From: Perkinsus olseni
Lineage: Eukaryota
Direction: 5' to 3'
Assembly: GCA_013115125.1 (NCBI GenBank)
Contig: JABANN010000118.1
Span: forward strand, 1-64,000
DNA: 64,000 nt
Position numbers and translations under genes: made by a program. The notes below the pieces were generated by a model, which did not search any database, was not told the DNA's origin, and saw only the letters and a program-made list of their open reading frames with translations. Of this stretch, positions 42,301 to 51,300 are shown in pieces. The stretch's first letter is position 1, and each line of letters begins with the position of its first letter.

Positions 42301-45300
42301 CCCCTGCTACTTTGGTGTACGAGGTCACTGCTGATGGCAAGTGCAAGAACTCGCTGTCTGGCAACTCTCAGTGTGTCGCTGATACCAATCCGGTGTACAT
42401 CTCGATGAACAACTCCATCGGTCTCAACCTTCTCGTTGATATGGTTGTTGTATCCACTCCGTGGTACGTCAACTTCACTCACAGCCACAAGTACACCATG
42501 GTCATCGATGACGAGGTCTTCTATGCCAACCAGTCGTTCACCAACGCTGGTGATACTACGAAGACTGCCAATATCAAGCACACTGGTTTGACTCTCAAGT
42601 CTAACGGTGAGCCCCAGGCTGATACGTCCTCTTTGATCGGCTCTAGGATCACTCCGTGGTACATCCGGGCTCATGAGCCTCAGATCGTGAAGGCCAAGCT
42701 CGACCCTGCTGATGGTGCGACTATGGTTCCTCGCAGTGTCCGCCCGAAGATCTGGTTCAACACTGCCATGCTTCACGCTGATAACCTCAACAAGGCCATC
42801 CCGTACGAGACTGGCATGCCTCAGGATGAGTTCCACAGCCTCAAGCCTACCTTCAACCAGGATGCTACTGGCCAGACTGATACTCCTACTTACGAGTTGG
42901 TCAACCACACTACCAGCGCCTACTGCACTGGTCTTATCTGCACGCTGTATCACACTCACCAGAAGCCTTACTTCGATCTCGACCAGTATGTTGACCAGTT
43001 CACTGGTGGCCGTGACTACTCTCTGACTATTCCTGATGGTCTCTTGTACGACAGTAATGGTGAGGAGGTCTTCCGTGGCTTCCCTCGTCCGGATGCCTAT
43101 GTCCGCACTGCCAGCAGCGACGTCGCTCAGTCTTACACGTTCTCCACCGAGGATGAGGATACTGTTGACCCCACTCTGCTGTACTGCTGCGTTGTGTCCC
43201 GCGAGCCGACCAAGTTCGCCAAGGACCAGTGTGACAACGGCTACTCCTTCGGCTCTCAGTCGCAGAATATCACCACCAAGAGCGGTGCCTTCAAGTTCAA
43301 GTGCGTCTTCAGCGAGCCCGTGATGTTCGCGGACAGTCGCGCTCGTTACTTCAACGCTAGGTCTGGCTCTTGCGAGCTCAAGAACGATGGCCTCATTGGC
43401 AGTCCTTCCGGTGCCGTTGGTTCGGAGACTGCTGACCGTGTTCGCGCGGGTAAGGCTCTCGACTGCAAGATCAAACACCATTCGTTGATCGTGACCACTG
43501 CTGAGAACCTCGACCCTGGTACCAATTACACGTTCCACCTGGACCATCAGTGGATCAGAGATTATTCCAACAACACTCTGGATCTCTCTTTCAACGACAA
43601 CAAGACTCTCATCGAGTACTGTGACCCCAGTCTCCTCTTGCCTATGGATCAGTACTACTGCGCCAACATGCGTTCCAACCGCATGCCGCTGACCACTGAG
43701 TCTGTGCTTGCTGAGACCGTCACTGATGACAGCCTCCGTGCTCCGTTCAGGATTAGCAACAGAACTATGTCGTACAAGACCTACAGCTTAAGGTTCACTA
43801 CTGGAAGCGACATACAGCAGGAGCAGTGCTGGAACTGTGACAATGCCAACGACTGGAACACCGCTGATAAGGTCTACGCCTCCCAGGCTAATACTCTGCA
43901 GATCAACGGTTTCGACATCACCACTGCCGACTCCGTCTTCACTGGTGCTCGCACCAATGCATTTGGCTGGCCCGATCTTCATGTGACTAGTCAGAGTTCT
44001 GCTCCTTCAAGAGGGTCTGCGCCTTCCACCAGCGCGATCGGCCTCATGGAGACGAGCTTCTACCCCAATGATCGTGTCCTCCTTCGCTTCAACCGGCCTA
44101 TCGTGCCCTACCTTGATGCTGATCAGACTGACGCCTCTGGCCTCACTGAGGAAGACTGGTCTGCCGCTACGAAGATCGAGATTCAGGACTGTGGTCCCGA
44201 TCATCAGTGCAACTCTGGTCTTGTTATTGGTGGCGCCACCGCCAATACCTCTCTTGGTACCTCTGCTGGTTACTCGAGGACTGCCACTTCTAAGTTGGAG
44301 GTTGTGTATGGTTACGACTCCATCTATCTCAACCCTGGTGGAGCCGTTCCCCTCTCCTTCCTCCCCGGTCACAAGTACCGTGTCACGGTTCCCGCCAAGA
44401 TGGTGAAGATGTCCTCTGAGTACACCTACGGTGGCAACATCAACCCGAACGGTCAGTTCATCGGCAGCGTTCCCAACTACAAGAGGCAGTTCGTCGAGTT
44501 TGTTGTCTCGACTGCTTCGGAGGATAGGCGTATCTATTCTCCTCTTGGTGAGTCGATTCTGGCCACTCAGTACCTCAAGTCCGGTGTGACTGGTGCCTCC
44601 CAGGACAACTACGCCATCATTGATAAGGCTTATGATGATGCTGCTAACATCGACACTGCTGACTACATCAACAACATCGACTCCATCAAGGCGTATATCC
44701 TGCTGCCTTCTTGTGAGAACTTGGTTGCCACTCTGTCTTCTAGTGCTACTGATCCTGGCACCACTGCCCTCAGTACGACTAAGGTCACTTCTGGTGTCAC
44801 CACTGACAAGTACGTGTGGATCTTCTTCCCGGAGAAAGTTCAGGCCAATACTGAGAACAACTACTACGCTGTCCACCTCAACCGCACTGTTGGCACTCCC
44901 AACAATGGCGACGATGGTGACGCTGTTTATGAGATCGGTAGCTCAGGCATTCAGGTGACTAACGGTTACTACCTCAGCTTCCAGTTGAGCGGTGCCTCCA
45001 ACATCCGCCACAACGGTCTTCAGTACTCTCTCGGTATTGCCAACGGTGCTCTCTTCACCGACGGTGGTATGAAGCGTGGTACTTATCCCAACGCCAACCC
45101 GGCTGGTGCCGCTGCCGCGAGCCCCATGGCTGCTTGGCAGAACCTCGGCATCAGTGATGAGGTGAAGCCCAAGTGGATCTACTGGCACAAGGACGGTCAG
45201 TCTCACATTGGCATCTCCCAATGCTTCAAGCTGAAGATGGCTTCCTATGAGCAGGCTGATCAGGTTGACACAACCAAGCCTGTCCTGAGAGAGACTTTCC

Positions 45301-48300
45301 CCTCTAATGGCACGCTTGATGCTCATCCTTCCACTATGATGTTCCTCGACTTCTACGACAACTCCAGCTCTCTCGCTGGCGCCACTGCTTCAAGCGATGT
45401 GGAGCTCTACGAGTGCAGTACCAAGGTCTGCGATGTTGACATGAAGGCTCGCCCGGCCGGTGTCCACGCCGCTGCCACTTTCCAGCACTGCTGTGATGTC
45501 AGCTCTTGCGCCTCTTTCGGTAAGATTGAGACTCGTGCTGGCGTCGGCAAGTGCAGTGGTAACCTCGTCTGCGAGCACAACGAAGACATCTTCGTGCAGC
45601 CTTACATCGAGAGTGGTGGTGAGACTCGCACTCGTGTCTACATGAAGTTCGCCAGCACTAGCGAGAAGAAGTCACTCAACAGCGGCAAGTGCTACAGCAT
45701 CCGCGTGAAGGCCGGTTTGGTTTCTGATGCCGCTGGTAACCTCAATGACGCTGTCACTGAGACAACCGGCTATGCTCAGTACTGGTTCCGAACTCAGAGG
45801 CTCGCTGCTAGCAAGCTCGATTTCACGCAGCCTTCTGTCGTGTCTTACGAGCCTGCTAAGGATGCTACTGGTGTTGAGAAGTACAGAGCTCTTTCGGTCA
45901 CTTTCGACCGCGCTGTGAGGCTCGACTCTTCTGTTGTTGGCACTTCGTCGGTGTCGACTAGCGTCTATCTGCGGTCCTATGATCCGCACTACGATGATGC
46001 TAACAGGCCTGCGTCGTCTGTCCTGCCGGCTGGCAAGAAGATCATCAACTGTGACGTTGCTGCTCAGGGATCCGAAACGGAGACTATCATCACTAGTGGT
46101 GAGGACTATACTCGCCGCCATGGTGGTCCCGTGCAGCTGAGCGATGACGGCAAGACTCTCCGCGTGTTCCCTCAGGGCTTCGCTAATGACGACCGAGTCT
46201 ACTGTCTGATCATTGCTGACAACGCCATCATGGATGCGTCCTCGGGTAACTACTTCGGTGGTTTGAAGTGTGGTGACTACTGCTTCACTGTCGCGCCCTT
46301 CACGGGTAACGAGGAGCCTCGTCTACTTGACCACTTCCCTCGCGATCAGCATGATATGAGCGTCAACGATGTCATGAGCGTCGATGGCAACCACTGGTAC
46401 ATGTTCGACAGAGACGTCAAGCCTGGCACCGGCAAGTTCTACTTCGGTATGACTAGCGCCGCGTCGGGAGCTTCTACTAAGGTTGAGGTGCTCGCTGACT
46501 CCGATCCTGCTGCTCCTTCATCCGCTGCTGTGGGCTCTCAGAACTACCTTGGCCGCACTCGCTTCGAGGGCTCTCGTGTTTTCGTGTGGCGTGATGGTTC
46601 CCAGAGGCACGGACAACCCGCTCTTGGTTACGAGGCTACTGCCGTTGCCAGTTCTAGCGGCAAGTACGCCAGTGCCCTCACTGCTCAGACCGACTATCGC
46701 GTGCAGATGGAGTTCTCCAACACTGTGCCTGAGGCTTCTGACTGGCCCAATGTTCTCAAGCCCATCTTCAGGGAGGAAGTTGGTACCAAATACATGCACG
46801 GCCTCTTCGATGCTTACGCTGCTGAGACTCCCGCCCCCGGTGGAAGCCTAGACTATCAGCGTGCTGAGGCGGGCTCTGGATACTGCAATGGTACTCTCTT
46901 CCGTATTGGTGGAACCACCTCTACTGGTGTCGTTGGTGAGGTCTGCAAGTCTCGCGATCACGGCGTGTCATGGAATTGTGATACAGTTCCCGGCATGGCC
47001 CGCAAGAACCCTCAGATCCTCTGCACACGCGACTACATCTACGTGGTCGGTGGCGCTACTGGCGCTAGTGGTATTGTGAGGAGCGCTGATATGGGCGCTA
47101 CCTTCACTGCCATTGGTGATGAGGGCTTCGAGATCACTAGCATCCCGAGTGAGGTTGACGGTATCTGGCAGTACGGTCCCGAGTTCCCGTACTCTGGCTT
47201 CGAGGGAGCCGCTGCTGGTGTTGTTGCGGACTGGAAGGTTGTCGTCTGCGGTGGTGGACTTGAGAAGTGCTGGAAGTGCGCCTCTGTCAACTGTGCCCAC
47301 TGGGAGCAGGGTGGCAAGGTTGCCGAGCAAGTTAAGGACCGAGTTGGTGGCCGCATGTTCGCTAATGGTCACGGCGATCTCATCCTCATCGGTGGTACCA
47401 CCGCTGCTGGCGTTCCTTACTCTGATGTGTGGAGGTCTCGTGACGGTGGTGATACCTTCGAGCAGCTCACTGCCAACATCGCTTCGGATGGTGTTGACAA
47501 GACTGGTGTCTCCTACACGTTCGCTCCTCGCATGGACTCCTGCCTTGTGCAGACTGGTGACGATACTCTCCACATCATTGGTGGTCGTAACGACTCAGTC
47601 TCCTCCACTGCCACGATGTTCCAGAATGATTGGTACACATCTTACCCGGGCAGGTTGGACTACTACGACAGCAACTTCGCCGCTGCGAACGAGCATTACA
47701 TCGGTTCTGGTGATGCAGCCACTCAGTACGCCGCCCGCCCCACTGTCGTTGGTGCCTCTCCTCACTGGAAGCAGAAGCGCAGCATCAAGGATGACGTTGT
47801 TCTCCGCTTCAGCGAGATGCTCCATGACGGGAAGAAGTACTTGCCCAGCCGCCTCGTCTGGGTCTGCCGGGGCTCTTCGCGATGCTCGACTACTCTTGGC
47901 ACTGCCTCCGCCGCAACAACCGCTGGTGGTACTTACGTCGCTGTTTGCAACGTGACTCAGAGTGGCCCTCTTGGTCGTGGTTGCTGCCAGAAGGTTGGTG
48001 TTTCCGCTGACACTGTTCCACGCCCGATCGTCGGTTCTGGTGCTTCGGCGTCTTACTTGCGCACTGGCGACAACAGTAAGAGCACCATCGGTCAGAGCGA
48101 GTACTTGTCTCCTAGCTCCTGTGATGCTAACGCGTACACGGAGATCAGGGGCAACACTCTGAGCATCAAGGGCCTCAGCACTTTGAGCACCATGAGCGCC
48201 GCTGCTGACGGTGATGACATCACTGTCTTCGTCCCCGAGGGAAGTGTCTTCGATCGTCATGGCAACACCATCTACAGTGGTAGCATGCCCGACCCTGCCT

Positions 48301-51300
48301 CTACGACCTATACTGAGTCCAGTACAGGCCCCACTGGTGGCGATGGTTTCGAGTACTACTTCCAGGCTGGTGTGGAGAGCGGTGTTGTCACTATCGGTGG
48401 CAGCTACCCTGAGCACGCGACTACTCAGTCTGCGGCGACCTCCATCACTGCGCTTGATACCAACTTGGTTATCAAGTTCAACACTCCTGCGCAGAAGTAC
48501 TGGAACCAGGTTGAGAAGTATCTCACGATCACCTCTCAGCTCGGATACTCTAGGGCTACTGAGATCAAGATCCCCGTCAACGACTCTGTTATGGTTGACA
48601 GCAGGACTGCCCTCTTCCATCTTGGAAGCAAGAGACTGGTCCCTGGCCACAAGTACACTGCTACCCTCTCGGCCAACAGCTTCGTCCCGAGCTCTATGGT
48701 GAACCTTCCTCCCTTCAGCATGGGCGATAACCACGGTGGCAAGGCGAACGCTCAGTACTCCTTCACTTTCTTCACTGTCCCGAAGATCGCTGATCAGGCT
48801 TACGTCTACGGTGACGATACTGTCGGTGTCGTTGGCAGCGCAGCTGACTCGTACCGCTCCGCTGTTCCTGCTCCGGCTTGTGCCGCTACCGAGGCTGGTT
48901 GCAATGTTGCCAACTTCTCCACCTCTGGCATGTCGGATGCTACCGCACCTCTCGCTGTTTTGGACAAGATGACGTTCCCTGCGAACATGGCCACTGATGT
49001 GCCGCTGCCAACAGCAGCTGACTGCAGTGCTCCTGCTGAGGGTACCTTCTGCCTCAACTTCCAGGTTGCCTTCAACCAGCACATCAACTTGAGCCATGCT
49101 GGGTATTTCGAGATCCACAATGGTTCTGCCACTCAGACCCAGACTCAGGCTGGTTGGCTCTCGAGCGCTTACTACAAGATTCCGGTCACTGACGTTATTG
49201 CTGACGAGGCTAACAACGTCACCTGGTTCCAGGTTTCGTCCGAGGCTAACTTGCAGGCGGGCACCTACTACGAGATCTACATCCCGAGTGGTGTCGTGAC
49301 CGACTACAACGCCCCGACTGTGAACACTGGTGCGTTCAAGGTTGCCTTCCGAACATTGGACGCCAGTGCTCCTGCTAGCTTGCCACAGGTCGCTTATGCC
49401 TCGGTGTCCATTCCGGAGATCGGCTACTTCAAGACCGACATGGACATCGCTGCTTGCGCTGCGGCCACTGCTACTGACGCTAACAGAGCTCACTGCGTGC
49501 CGGCCTACAATGGTCTCGATAAGCACTTCGACTTCATCTTCACCGAGCCAGTGGCCCAGGTTGAGGAAGTTGACGGCGCTATCGGTTTGACCCTCTTCTA
49601 CGGCTCTTACGAGAGTGTCACTTCGCCTCAGTACAAGGCTGCGTTCGACTCTGGTCATGTCAGGGTCACTGTGGCTGATGCTGATATCGCTAAGGGCCTC
49701 ACCTCGTCGGACACCTGCGTTGAGACCACCGACGGTTGCCTCGCCACCATTGACCTTCGCCTCCCCAACCGCTTCGTGCAGAACAAGGCTCAGAGTGATG
49801 CTTGCGCTGCTGATGGCACTTCCTCTGCTTGTGATGCAGGCTTCTACAACGGCACCACGGGTAGCAAGGCCATCACCTTCAAGACGTACTACCCTGTTCC
49901 GGCTAGTACTGTCGGCCAGAAGTACGGTGCTGGTGCTGGTGTCGGGTTCTATCCTGCTGACCAGGCGACTACCAACTACCACACTATCAGCCGTGACAGC
50001 GCTATCCATGTCGAGTTCTCGAAGGAGGTCTTCAAGGGTCTAGACAGTGCTACTATCGAGGTTGCTGCTACTCACTCCGCCTACAACAGCAAGACCTACC
50101 AGGTATCCGATCCTGAGATCGAGACTCACGGCAGATACCTCGTCATCCGCCACAAGTTGGCTCCTGGCGAGAAGTATACCGTCAGTCTCACCAACAGCAC
50201 GGTCCGTGACCTTAATGGCTACCTGAACACCTTCGGTGTCGGTGATGTTACCAGCAAGCTCGACCGCACGTCCTTCGGTGTGGCCCCGCTTATCAGATTC
50301 CGTCAGAACTTCCAGACGGCCTCTTCTGATTCGGGCTCAGAGACCTGTGACTACGCTGGCACTTCGCCTCATGATTCGACCGCTGCTGAGTGCATTGGCT
50401 TCACTCCTCGTGCTGCCTTTGGTACTTGCGTCGCTACACCTGATAACAGGATCGTGGTGGCTGGTGGTCACTGTGTCGAGTGCGGCTCCTTCAACCGCCA
50501 ATGGGATGCTAAGGGCACTAAGATCGCTCTATCTGGCTACACTACGGACATCTCTAACAAGACCTTCTCCATGGCCACCTACAGGCAGAGTCATGCCGGT
50601 ACTGGACCTGGTGCTTGGAAGATCTGCGATGATTCCTGCAGTGACACTGAGCTGACCGAGTCGAGAAGCGTTCTCTTCCGTGAGGCGTCTATCACCGGTC
50701 TACCTGTCAGAGGTCGTGGTGATGCTCCTTCTGGTTACTCGCGAAGGTTCTTCAACGACAAGATGATGCCTCGTGGCAAGACCACTCTTTCTGTCTGCTC
50801 TCTCAACCAGTGCATGGACTGCATCACCGGTCCCAAGGACTTCAGCACCTGCGCTGCCGAGCATGTTACCCCAGCATTCTCGTCCGACTCCTCCGACTTC
50901 TTCCAGGTCGCCAACGGACAGAATGTCTCGTTCGCCTGCTTGCCCGGCTACCACGTCTCTGGCCAGCCCCAGACTGTACGCGAGTTCAGCTTCACTTGCC
51001 GAGCCTCGCAGTACGACTACAAGTGGGAGTACCCGAAGGAGTCTGATCAGGGAGCCTGTGCTGAGGGGCCTTCCAACATCACTTGTGTTGAGAACTCACC
51101 TCCTTGCGCTGCCCCTACCGATGCCACTGCTTACGACTTGACCGACTTCGACAGCATGACCTCGGATGCTGATGCTAGCATCTCTCAGAACTGTATGAAG
51201 GGTGACATCCGCTACAACTCTAAGTGTGCCATCAAGTGCCCTGTCGGCTACAACTTAGGCGGTATCCCCGGCTACAGCACCACTGCTGGTCTCAAGTGTA